A stretch of DNA of 64,000 nucleotides from Oopsacas minuta (lineage: Eukaryota; Animalia; Porifera), in contig JAKMXF010000021.1 in NCBI GenBank assembly GCA_024704765.1, forward strand, positions 25,637-89,636. The letters run 5' to 3'. A model generated the notes under the pieces. It did not search any database, had not been told where the DNA came from, and saw only the letters and a list, made by a program, of their open reading frames with translations. Each line of letters starts with the position of its first letter. Position 1 is the first letter of the stretch. Below, in pieces: positions 1 to 11,180 of this stretch. The translations under genes and the position numbers were made by a program.

Positions 1-420
1 GCATTACAGGGATCAATTTTCTATTCATAATTTCAGCAACTAAATTCACATAGCATATATGTTGTGATGTAGATATGTAAACATTTTGCACAGTTAGTGA
101 TTATAAGGTAACATGGAAATGGTAGTTTTGAAACATCTAAGTAGGGTGGTGGTCTTTGTAGTTGGGATATTTATTTGTGAAATGTATCAAGTATCGCACT
201 TGAATTGGGAGCTAGTTGTTGCATTATGAAAACTATAAATTGGTGGCGGTTATTGATATTCCAAAGCAAGAGTAAGGACAAAGGTCGCAAAATAAATTAG
301 ACAGAGGAGGAATATACACTCATTGAGGCAATCCAGGATGCTGGAGATATATTGAGAGGTACTGCTGGTCAGTGCGCGGAGATAAACAAAAAAGGAAGGG
401 CTTTGGAACAATGTTATGAG

Positions 421-3400
421 CAGACCTGGGGTTGATTACTGGTGAGTGATTATGATTATGATTATGATTACAGGAGGAATTGCAATTGATTACAATCGAT
501 TATGATTACATGATTATGATTACGTGATTACAAATTCGCTTTCCTTTACGATCCAATTAGTCTTTCCCAAATAAGCCCCGGAGTTTCATGTGCACAAAAG
601 GCGAGGCGCTTATTCTGAGATAAAAATATACGATATATCAAACTAGTAGAATTTGAATAAATAAGATAATATTGCATAATTCACGAATGATTCATGAAGA
701 ACTAGAGTTACATCTTATAAACATTAACTTTTCGAATAAGTGGTCAGATAAACGACATCTGTCCGGACGAAAATCCTCCCAGCTATTGAAAAAATACGCT
801 CCACGGGAGCACTTGAGGCAGGTATTTGAAGATATTTGCATGCAAGTTTACTGAGTCCTTCGTACTTGTACTGATTATTTTTCCAGAAGATAAGAGGTTC
901 AGTAAACTCTGACAAACAGGGACTGTTCAAATACTCTTCGATTTTATCAATAGTATTGGTACCCAATTCCGTGCCATATATGGGAGAAACTTCCATGAAG
1001 TTGAAAAGAGCTGATCTTTTAGGGGGCGGTGACTGTTCAGGTAACGTCATAACACACACTGTTGAATCAACTGCAATTTCGTTCGCCTTTTGAAAAATGA
1101 TCTTGCGTAAATTCGCTGACTCCTCTGGTGTGCACCATGCCAGTTTCCACCTTGGATCAAGAGCAGCAGCCAATTGAAATGTCAGATCTTCCTCGTATTG
1201 AGAGAGGCGCGAGTCCAGTGATGATTTCAAGGTTGCTACAAAACTGGATAGGAATATTTTCTCCAATTTGGCAAGTTCTGTTCGAAGTCCTCGAACTATA
1301 GGAAGAACAACACTGGCAGTTACTTTTTTTCCTCCCGTGTTAAATCTGTCACCCATTGGAATGGAGTTAAGACTTCCAGCAAATCCTTCGTAGTATTTGT
1401 CTCACTAACTGTCAATTTTCCACTATATTCCAGCTTCTTCATATTTTCATCAGAAGTATCAAGTAATGATTTGATCATTGTTAATTGCGAATTCCACTGT
1501 GTTACGTTGGCGATCTGTAATTTATGATCGTTTTCGTGGAGTTCACAAGGTTGTGATGAATGACGAACATGAGAGATGAGTTTTGAAATCTTCCCTAGTA
1601 CTCTCCGAATATGCCCAGCATTTTTCAGGGCATCCTTTATAACTAGTTATAGCGTGTGATCAAAGCAAGCATGATGCCTTGGGACTATTTGATGGAATTC
1701 CAATTGATTTAATAATCCTTCAGTTTCTATAATCTCGAGATCATCAATGTTGCTATGGTCATCTTCTTCTCCTGCGGTATCATCTTCAAAACAACTAATC
1801 TCGAGAAGACGGAACGCTTTCTTCATGTTACTGGCGTTATCAGTGATAACTCTGTCGACTTTGCCACTGATATTAAATGATGTCACAATCTCCTCAAAAA
1901 GTTGAGTAATACGTTCCCCAGTGTGCGATCCGCGAAAGCGATGACATGACAACATGGCACACTGTAGCTTGAAATCAACAATAAAGTGACAGGTTACTCC
2001 AAGATATGATCGCATTTGTCTGTTCGACCATATATCAATTGTCAAACAAACCTGTGACGAAACGCTCAACAATTTCACAATATCTGCATAAATATTTTGG
2101 TAGCGTTGAGGTATTAATTTGGTGCTTAGATGTTTCCTAGAGGGCATACTATATCGTGGCTCAGCTTTCTGGAGCACATTTCGGAAAGCTTTACTTTCAA
2201 CCACAGAGAGAGCCTGTAGATCATCAGCTACAAAGCTAACAATTGCATTCGTAATCTCTTCTTGCTTCCCTCGATCAGTGGAACGCCATTTTTTAACTGT
2301 TGTATCTTCGAAAAAATATGATATTTCTTGCGTAGAATCAGACTTTGGGGTAGCACTGTATAAAGATTGATGGACATCTGGATGTTTTCTCTAAATACAA
2401 TATAATTGATAAATCGGGAATGTATAAGTATTACTAGACTATATATTATATATTTATCCCACAATATTCCAAAATGTACTGTCACGCCATAACTAGTCCA
2501 GGGGGACCAGTTATGGTCAACTATAGTGTGGTCCGAGACAAAATGAAACTTCAATATTCGAAGAATCTAGTATTCTAAAACTAGGGAAAAACCAACGAAT
2601 GGCCTTACAAGCCAAAGTCATTTGGTACATACTACCACGGGTAGATTTACAAAAGATAGGGTTAACAAAAGGGTCGAAACGGGTCTATAAAAACTTGGAC
2701 ATTATTTCAACTCTTGTTATTTCGTGACATATAGGAATCGATTTCACTTGGAATAAGCGAAGTCATTTGCATTCATTATCACAGTAGTCCGCCCGATCCA
2801 TATCGATATAACCGGGTATTTCATATGTCCGAACTCGATATAACATGAGTTGTCAGTAATGTAAATCAGACAACAGCAATTGTAACAAGAAACACAAAAA
2901 AACGAACTGTAGAAAAAGAAATATACCTTCAAATGTGTAATCAGGTTGGAAGTAATTTTTCCCTTAATGGATACATCAAATCCACAATACTTACATCTCG
3001 CTTTGTGTGTTTCAGAAGCTGATGTTTCTGAAAGAGCATGAAAATGGGAGAAAACAGGTGATGGTGAGGCCATTATCGATAAGAAATATTGCTAAAATTA
3101 AATAGGCTACTTTGAGAAAAATTTATAAATAAAGTTTGAGGTATGGTTTTATATGAATAAACCTAAGGATATTATGAATTGAAAATATATCTCTTCAGTC
3201 TTCACCTAAATGATTTATGATAATAATTAATAATAATGATAATAATAAAATAAATTTATATACGGTATATACCACTAGAAAGCTCTTTGTAGGATGGGGT
3301 AAGGGAAATCGCAACCGATGGACCTTCTACAACTCAGTGCCAAACTGCAAACCTGGGATGATTACTGATGAGTGATTATGATTATGATTATGATTACAGG

Positions 3401-3458
3401 AAAAGTTGTAATTGATTACAATTGATTACGATTGTAATCATAATCAGCCCCAGGCCTG
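421..3458 (-). mobile_element. Full-length hAT (Ac/ZBED-type) DNA transposon
   Basis: 18-bp TIRs CAGACCTGGGGTTGATTA / CAGGCCTGGGGCTGATTA (2 mismatches). Perfect 8-bp TSD GTTATGAG at 413-420 and 3459-3466, matching the Ac-type nTnnnnAn pattern. GATTAT subterminal repeats. Confidence 0.95.
724..3073 (-). pseudogene. hAT transposase (BED finger, DDE core, hATC dimerisation domain), disrupted, one intron
   Basis: BED finger ARCKYC...NLITHLK. A GT-AG intron at 2926-2391 joins HLK|RKHPDV. Core motifs CLTIDIWS, ITDNASNM and HACFDHTL. C-terminal FWK...PASSAPVERIFS. Stops and frameshifts separate the ORFs 2204-1647 and 1356-724. Confidence 0.9.
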
Positions 3459-5419
3459 GTTATGAGGAAAATCAATTCCATCCATGGCAACAACCGAGAT
3501 GTGAAAGGTATTAAGAAGAAGTGGAACAATCTAAAAGGTTCCGCAAAAGTTCATGTGGATTCCATTCCAAGGGAAGCGAGGAGGACAGGAGGAGGGCCAA
3601 ATGAAGCTGCTGAAGTGGAGGATGAAGACATCCGGATCCTTAGCTCCGATAGGGAAATATCCACATCTGTGACGGAGAGAGTATCACAGCTGTTCTCAAG
3701 TACGCCAGCGTTCTCTGGAATATGTGGTAGTGCTGATATGTTTCAAGCCCCAACAACATTGCCTTTACACGCTGAGATTAGCGAAAGCAGAGAAGTAACA
3801 CCAGTGTTTGATGGATCAGAAGTTACTGTAATTAACAGTCGTCCAGAGGGAAGGCGTAGGCGTAAGAGGAGCATCGAACAGTCAACGAAGGTCTCTGATT
3901 TACTTCTTCTGCAACGAGAAGTGCTCCTTAAACAGATGGAAGTATTCTCGGCTCAACTACAGCTGATTGAAGAGCAGAGGGAGTATTATCGTCATAAAAA
4001 GCAGAGACTTTTAGAAAAAGATCAACAGCAGCAGCTTTAGATATACAATTTAGCCATATTGTAACATCATAGAAAATCATAATTTATAGTGAAAGTATGA
4101 ATTAATCAAAGAAAACGAGTGACTGAAGTGACTACATCAATGTTATCGATAAATATAATATGTTTGGAAACTTAAAATAGAGCTTGAATAACTTAAGCAA
4201 CCTCGGTAGGTTACTTAACCTTTGTACTTAAATACATACTTAAGTATGAGCTTAAATCTTAGTGAATACCAATCTTAGTGAATACGGTTTAAGTATGTAC
4301 TTAGTACTTAAGTACTAAGTACATACTTAAGTATGCTTAGTGAATACGGCCCCTGGGCTTGTTGGTGAAATATTTGAAAATTTGCTAGAAAATCGGTCAA
4401 GTTGAAACCTGAACAGGACGATGGCTACGGCCCTAATATATTGTACAAACGTGTGACTCTAGCCAGTGGCTATATTTCTAAGTCAATTATATTTTAAATA
4501 TCCTTCCAGAGGTGGTTTAACAGTATTTCCAGAACATCAGAAGGATCTAAATCGATCTCAGGAAGTAGTATGTGTTAGGTTCAGGTGAATTATAGGTAGG
4601 AAATTATTCATATGTATGTCACAAAGAAATACAAGCAAAATCTTGATAACTAAGAGCTTGATACATCACTCTGCTCGAGGCTTGTAAATACAGTTAATTA
4701 ACAATTAGATGAAACCCAACAATAAACTTCAATTTCTTATAGACATGATCATGTAAGAATTTAAGATAAGTTTGAAATAGTTTGACGTGATGGCCTCTGG
4801 ACATTTACCAGATTGCGGAACAATAGATAGTTAAATTCAAACACAAATCATATATATCGGCAGAGCAGTGCAAATAATATGATGCTTAGAAAATCCAAAA
4901 GGATCAACACGCCGTGCCAAAATCGTGTTAGGTGTTAATTTACGTAGAAGACTAACTTGTCGAGCAAGGCGAAAATACTCTTCCCTGTATGGCAAAAATA
5001 AGGCCTGGGGGCCTTACAGATACTTAAATAAATTCAGGAAATACAAACATATAAGGATGGATAAGTTGCTCGATCGTCTAAACACAAATGTGGCTTATTA
5101 CATTCTACGTTATATAAACTGAATTGATTCATCAAGCACAATTTCAATGAAATCCATGAAGATTTAGTAGACCACAATATATTATCATACTTGTGCTGAA
5201 TCTTGGTGCTTTTTTCCGGTTTTCGTCCAAATTTGATAAAGATGCAGTATCATCATGTCTAGAATTCTGAAAACTTGGATTGAGTAGTTTAGGGGGTGGC
5301 TTCATGTCGGTGAATAAAACTATTCCAAAAACAATCTAGTACAGTTTAGGAAAAATTCGTGAACATTGTTGAAGTCGGCGCTGGTATAACACCATCGAGT
5401 GGAGCGATATTTAGTAATA

Positions 5420-5782
5420 TCTTCCAAACTATACAAGATTGGTCATCAAAGTGTTGTTTATATCCATAATTGAGTACAAAACTGGAAAACCATGTTGTCT
5501 GATTTTTGGCATACAGGGGTATTTGAGCCTGTCTCGGACAATGTTCCGAGGAACTAACAAATGCTACATAGAGGCTCGTGTAATGTTACGGAATGTCATT
5601 AAATGGAATTTAGATAAACCATGGATAATAAAAAAAATTTCCTAAAAGTTTCACCTCAAGGCACGTAGTGGCAAGATAACCAATCGAGTACCGACAAGAA
5701 GAACAAAGAAATTTACTTGTTACTTATGCTCATCTAAGGCACTGAGGTGTGGGGCAGCAACTTAGCAAGCGATGCAATCTAG
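5420..5782 (+). mobile_element. Helitron-like non-autonomous element, copy A (5' boundary approximate)
   Basis: Ends GCAGCAACTTAGCAAGCGATGCAATCTAG|T. Internal GGCATACAGGGGTATTTGAGCC segment is shared with the other copies in the window. Confidence 0.5.
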
Positions 5783-5842
5783 TATCTATAGTATATAAAA
5801 AGCGCGATAAATCTATGTGTAAATATCTGTGTGTAAATATTA

Positions 5843-7159
5843 CAAGGGTTGTTCAATAAGTAATGAGACTAATGTATCGAATCCATATTCTAGGTAACAC
5901 GGCTCTAAGCCTAATATCAGATTACAAGCCTAACTTGATTGTAAAATTTTGATACAATATACTCTTTACCTACTAGCATATTCTTCAGTATAATGTTTCA
6001 TTTGTATAGGCTACTTTTTTCAACTAATGGATTTCAGCAAAGAAGGAAAACGACAAATAATTTAGTACCTGTGGAAAAAAGGGGAAGACTGGTTCATACA
6101 TTCTCCGTGAAATGTAGGATGTTTTCGGTGATGAATGTCCTTCGAAAGCCACCATATATAGATGGATCGAACGTTTTGACAATGGTGATGAGGAACTCAA
6201 CGATGACCCTCGTCCAGGTCGTCCGACTACCTCAAAAACCCGCGTTCATATCGAGAGGGTCCAAACAATTTTGGACAAGGACAGACGAATAACCCTGCGA
6301 GAGTTAGAAGAGATGGTAGGTATATCAAAAGCCACACTACACTTAATTATCGCTGAAGATCTGGAAATGTCGAAGGTAACTGCGCGTTGGGTCCCAAAAC
6401 TTCTTTCAAAAGAACAAAAACGCGAAAGGGTCAGAGTTACCAAAGGATTACTATGAAGATACAAGGCAGGGGAGGACTTTTTGGATCGTATAGTAACGGC
6501 CTAACGGGGGATGAAACTTGGTTTCATTATTATGAACCAGAGAGCAAAACTCAATCGAAGCAGTGGAAAGACATGATGAACCTGTACTTATCAAGGTAAA
6601 GGCCCCACAATCAGCAGGGAAGAGAATGACAACAGTATTTTGGGTAGGGAAGATTATACCTCGACTGGTTGCCTGAGAAGACAACCATAAACAGTGATTA
6701 TTACATTGACGAATTGAAAGAATTGCGTCAAGCGATTAAACGTGAGAGGCGAGGCAAGTTGACACGTGGCGTATTGCTGCAACATGATAACGCAAGGCCC
6801 CATGTAAGCTCCAAGATAATGGCTGCAATTGTCAACTTAGGATTTGAATGCCTCCCTCATCCCCCGTATAGTCCAGACCTGGCTCCCAACGACTACTGGC
6901 TGTTTTGAGGGATGAAGAGACTTCTTCGTCAAGGGAAGAGATTTGAGGATTTCAAACGGCTGGAGTATGAAATAAATCAGTGTGAAACAGGGACCCCTAA
7001 AGAATTCTATACCACTGGGTTGGAAAAGTTGCCAGAACAATGAAAACGATGTATAAAATTAAAGGGGGAATTTATCGAAACATTTGAGAATCACTTATGA
7101 TAAGTATAGGGTTACTATATGAATTTCAAAAACCCTCATTATTTATTGAACAACCCTTG
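5843..7159 (+). mobile_element. mariner (DD34D) element, full length, 1317 bp
   Basis: 25-bp TIRs CAAGGGTTGTTCAATAA(G/A)TAATGAG, with TA TSD at 5841-5842 and 7160-7161. Confidence 0.95.
6027..7070 (+). pseudogene. mariner transposase, frameshifted
   Basis: Motifs WVPKLL, TGDETWFHYYEP, HDNARPH and HPPYSPDLAPND. 34 residues separate the 2nd and 3rd catalytic Asp. Multiple stops and frameshifts. Confidence 0.92.
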
Positions 7160-7876
7160 TATTTGTATGTCCACAATTATTTGAAGAAACTAGAAGATTC
7201 TTTGAGCTGACATCTGGGACACAGTGGTATTTTTGGCCCTGCTGAAATAATTCGAGTCTTGGACGACAATTCACAAATTCTATGCAATTATGACGTTACC
7301 TATCAAGTATTTGGATACCCGAAAATCGAATTAATTGCTACTGCTCAGCAAATATACATAATAGAAGTTCTTAGAAACAGGCAGCCCACATTGGGACAAA
7401 TGTCATGATGTCATGATTACGATTTAAAACTAACTCACAATGGGATTATAGGTCATCATGACTGTAAATAAATCAGATTTATAAATATTTCGATATTTTA
7501 TGGTAATTTCAGAATAACCGAGACAGGAACTGTCCAGAATACTAACCAAAAGTGACCTAGCAGCTCCAGTTTTAACACAGAAAGTTATTGGATGTAATAT
7601 CGATGGAACAAATCTCTACAATAGTATAAATCCGAGGCAGGAAATGCCGTGGTCATCGCGTAGTGTAGCGACCAAAAGCACTAAAAACTCACCTGTTCAA
7701 TACTTAATCTAACATGAAACGCTAAGCTGTCGCACAGTGACCTAGCAAGTGGAGCGGGCTAGTATAAATTATTTGTATTTATTAAAGAGATATTAATCCA
7801 TTATGCAATATTGTAGGTGGGGATAAGAGAATATTTTATAGGGGTCATTCTATAGTATAAGATCAGCCAACAGGTG

Positions 7877-10800
7877 CTCAGTGGTTTAGGAGCAAAGAAT
7901 AGACAAAAAATTAATCCGTAGTTGATGGTTTTATTTCATTTTATATTGTTTAATGATTCTCATTTAAATATCTAAGCGATTGAGACCCTAGAAGCTGTAA
8001 AATTTCTTCATCAAAGATGCGAAATATTTCTAGGAAAATTGCGGCTTCATGATTTCTAAATTCAGCCCGAATTTCAAATGAACCTGTAAGAGCAATTACA
8101 TAATCGAATGTTACTGATCTGGTATACTTTATACATTTCGACTATGCTAATTCTAAATATCTTGTTTCCATGACTGTATCTTGTATATATTTCGCGAACA
8201 TAAGATGTCTAAAATCTAGTAAATCCGTACAGAATTGTTACAAAGAGGAATACTTAAAGTGTCAGGAAAAATAAACACCACAAAACAACAGCACAAAATA
8301 AAGTGGATGCACGCATTACGATTCCTAAAAACATAATCTAAAACCACAAAACCCGAAACAGTGCGCAACATATAATTTTCAATAACATTCCATTACAACT
8401 TTTCATTGGAGGAAATTCCCATTGTAGCATACTCCAACAATGGAATGAAATAGTATTGAATTTCGTTCTTAAAATTTATTATAGTGAGTTATATATATAA
8501 TCTACAGAATAATACAACATATTTTTCGGAAGTTCTTGAAAACAATGATAGAAGAGTTAACTTGCCCAAAGTCACGCCTTGAATTGGCAAGAATCCTGAA
8601 AGACAATAATAATTGTGACTTGAAAACGGCAAAATTTTGCAAAGAACAATTTGAAATACACTCAGATAATACGAAACTCTTGGGAACGTTGCCGTTAAGA
8701 ATTCGGGAGAGATTCAAGAAGGCGAAGAGATCTTTAGATTGTTTAGAAGGAGAATGTTGGCATTCTAACATTTCCATGAAACATGAGTTACAGAAAATTC
8801 GTAGTTCTGATTTACTAGATTCGTCTTCTGATGATGGTGAAGTTCCCATTCATTCAGTGAGACATAGGCAGAATCTTGATGGTCTCTCTCTGCAGCAACA
8901 ACGTACTCGATTGTCAAGTCTGCTAGACTGCATTAAGCCACTCTCAGTTATTGAGAATATTGCAGAAATAAGCATTGCAGCAATCTCATTACAACTATTA
9001 GCAAATGAGGAGAATAATCGTCAGGTTGCAACGGTAGCCAAAGAGATTATTGTCAGTGGAGGATTCTGTAACCGCAGTAACAAGCATGTTCCAGTTGACA
9101 AAGCCGTATTCCTGCTGGATTTAATTGAAGTGGGCAGACGAAAATACACTCAACTACGACAAACACTTCTACCAGACAATATGCATTTTCCATCATACAG
9201 CAAGTTAGCTATTCTGAGAGATGTCATGATTTCACGATCCAGTATAACTTTATACCCTAATCCAACTAAACCAAAATGTATACACGCACCATATTGTCTT
9301 CAAGTTCAGAAAACCCTAGAAAGAATATTGTCAATGGTAGATCGCCCCACAAGTGGGGAATTCACACTCACATTCAAAATCGCAGATGGCTTAGATGGTT
9401 CTGGTTGTCACACTATCTACAACCAGCAGGCAACTAATACTTTTACCAAAACTTCATTCTGTTTTGTTTCGAGCCCATCTCCATCTCCACTGTAACAAAC
9501 AGGATTGTTTGGCAGAATAAATCCCCTAATTAACCCCTCTCTCAAAGACCTATTTTTCTCTGCGCTGCGACAGAATGCGAAGAAAATATTCGTTCCTTCA
9601 TGGAAACTATGATTAATCCCGATATAGCGATGTTACAAAATGGGATTCCTTTAGAAAATGGCGTTGTCAATGTCGATATTATCCACTCAATGTTTGATGA
9701 GAAGATGGCAGCCATTCTCTCTGGAGCTGGAGGAGCCAGTTGTCAGATGTGCACTGCCACACATAAAGATTTGAAAGACCGGAATTTAGTTCTTGAAGGG
9801 TTCCCCATCAACAGAAATATCACAGATGCAATCGAGTTATTCTCGCACATTGATGACTTTGAGTCGTTCTTTGCTCTTTCTACTAATGAACACTTCAATT
9901 TAACTCATCAAACAATTTCAGAGATTAACATACATCCAGCATCTCCACTTCATTCATACACAGGCGATTTGGGTAAGTGATCTGGTACTCAATTAACCAT
10001 TCAGAAATTATCTTTACATAATTAAACAAATTTTAGGTGGTTCAATTTGTTGGTATATCATCTTCGCATCAAAAAGTTTACCTGTTCGCCAATTTCACCA
10101 GTTATCAAGGAGTCAATGAAATTTCTTCAAACACTTATTCAGGCGAAGACAGGATTAAAGGTTGACCAGCCTAATTTTTAGCGGTGGAACCATCTCAACA
10201 GGGAATGTTGCTAGAAGAGCCTTTTCTGATGAAACTGAATACCTTGATTGCATTCTATCATCTGTAGCAATACAATATTGCCCAATCTTATCAAAGATAC
10301 ATACTCAGTTTTCAGCAATTCTTCGGGTTTTCAATTCAAGTCACAAAGTTAACACTTTAGAATTGGGGAAATTGTGCAAGGATATCTACCTTGTAATCTT
10401 AGATTCTTTCCCCTGGATTAGCATGACTCCAACCCTGCATAAGCTCTTGGCCCATTCCGAGGAGTTAACACGCGAGTCGAATTCTAGCTATGGCTTAAAG
10501 GCATTTTCAGAAGAAGTCACATAATCATGTAACAAATTAATTAGAAAATATGGGGAGAATTTAGCTCGTAAAGTTAGTTTTGAGGCCAATATTATGGATA
10601 TCTTCGTCAGATTAACCTCTCAAAGTGATCCAAACTTAGTAAACTATCGAAGACTTTGACTTGTGAACGATGTGGTCAATCTGGACACACAACGAAATCT
10701 AAATGCTGCAATGCTATGAACAATCAGAAAACTAGTATACAGACTTTATTCACGACTTTAACCTCCAGTACAGATTGCCTATCATGAACTTAAGTATGAA

Positions 10801-11180
10801 TATAATGTATATTTTGTAAATCAATAAGATAAATTCCACCATATGTGTGACGTCATAATTCTGAAGACGCCATAACTCTATAAATACAAGCCCTATAACA
10901 AAATTTTAAGTTCAAGGTGATGGCCAAATACGGATAACCCATATGTAATTAATAGATTTCATATGGCGATAAAGTCGACTAAAATGGATTTATTGAAGAA
11001 AAATTTAAAATTTCACATATATCAATGACGTCATAACTTGGCAGTTTTAAGCCATATACTTGTTATGACAAGATGCATTGGTTCCTTATGTATAATAATC
11101 TATATGTATAAATTCATTTCATATGGCTATCTCACACCAAAATAGCTATTCTCTACTAACTGGCCTATTAAACCACTGTG
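7877..11180 (+). mobile_element. Transib/RAG1-like transposon, full length, 3304 bp
   Basis: Left end CTCAGTGGTTTA (7877) and right end CACAGTGGTTTA on the minus strand (11180). Identical 5-bp TSD AGGTG at 7872-7876 and 11181-11185. Encloses a RAG1/Transib-type transposase. Confidence 0.9.
8536..10787 (+). pseudogene. RAG1-like/Transib transposase, disrupted, with one intron and a C-terminal CCHC tail
   Basis: NBD-like RQNLDGLSLQQQRTRL. First Asp in GLDGSG (9394) and second in MFDEK (9696). CxxC at 9741-9752, SPLH, GTISTGNVARRAF and PTLHKLLAH (10438-10455). FSEEVT*SCNKLIRKY, where the stop at 10522 replaces the catalytic Glu. DIFVRLTSQSDP, then CERCGQSGHTTKSKC. GTAAGT...TTTTAG intron at 9973-10036. 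Confidence 0.88.

Larger units (their letters stand above)
262..4040 (+). pseudogene. Myb/SANT-like DNA-binding protein (Harbinger ORF2 type), split by the hAT at 421-3458
   Basis: The 5' part (about 262-420) reads RKIN*TEEEYTLIEAIQDAGDILRG..EINKK. After removing the insert and one TSD copy, it continues KEGLWNNV|MRKINSIHGNNRDVKGIKKKWNNLK...RRTGGG (ORF 3462-4040). There is one in-frame stop and a frameshift in an A run. Confidence 0.75.
1..4352 (+). mobile_element. PIF/Harbinger-like element, right part only (left end outside window), interrupted by a hAT insertion
   Basis: Contains a Myb/SANT-like ORF ending in the RRTGGG motif typical of Harbinger accessory proteins. The end at about 4320-4352 reads GGGCCGTATTCACTAAGCATACTTAAGTA on the minus strand and is followed by CTG. 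Subterminal TACTTAAGTA palindromes and three CTTAGTGAATAC copies are present. Confidence 0.7.
5785..7762 (+). mobile_element. Helitron-like non-autonomous element, copy B, interrupted by a mariner
   Basis: Starts A|TCTATAGTATATAAAA and ends GCTGTCGCACAGTGACCTAGCAAGTGGAGCGGGCTAG|T (TC...CTAG between A and T). Sequence reads through across the mariner TA site. The 3' part matches 27640-27882 and the reverse complement of about 46610-47150. Confidence 0.65.

Noticed and set aside
7733-7739. CACAGTG heptamer about 140 bp upstream of the RAG1-like element
   Set aside because: It lies in the Helitron-like 3' hairpin region, where sister copies read CGCAGCC or CGCAGCG. The TSD-supported left end is at 7877.
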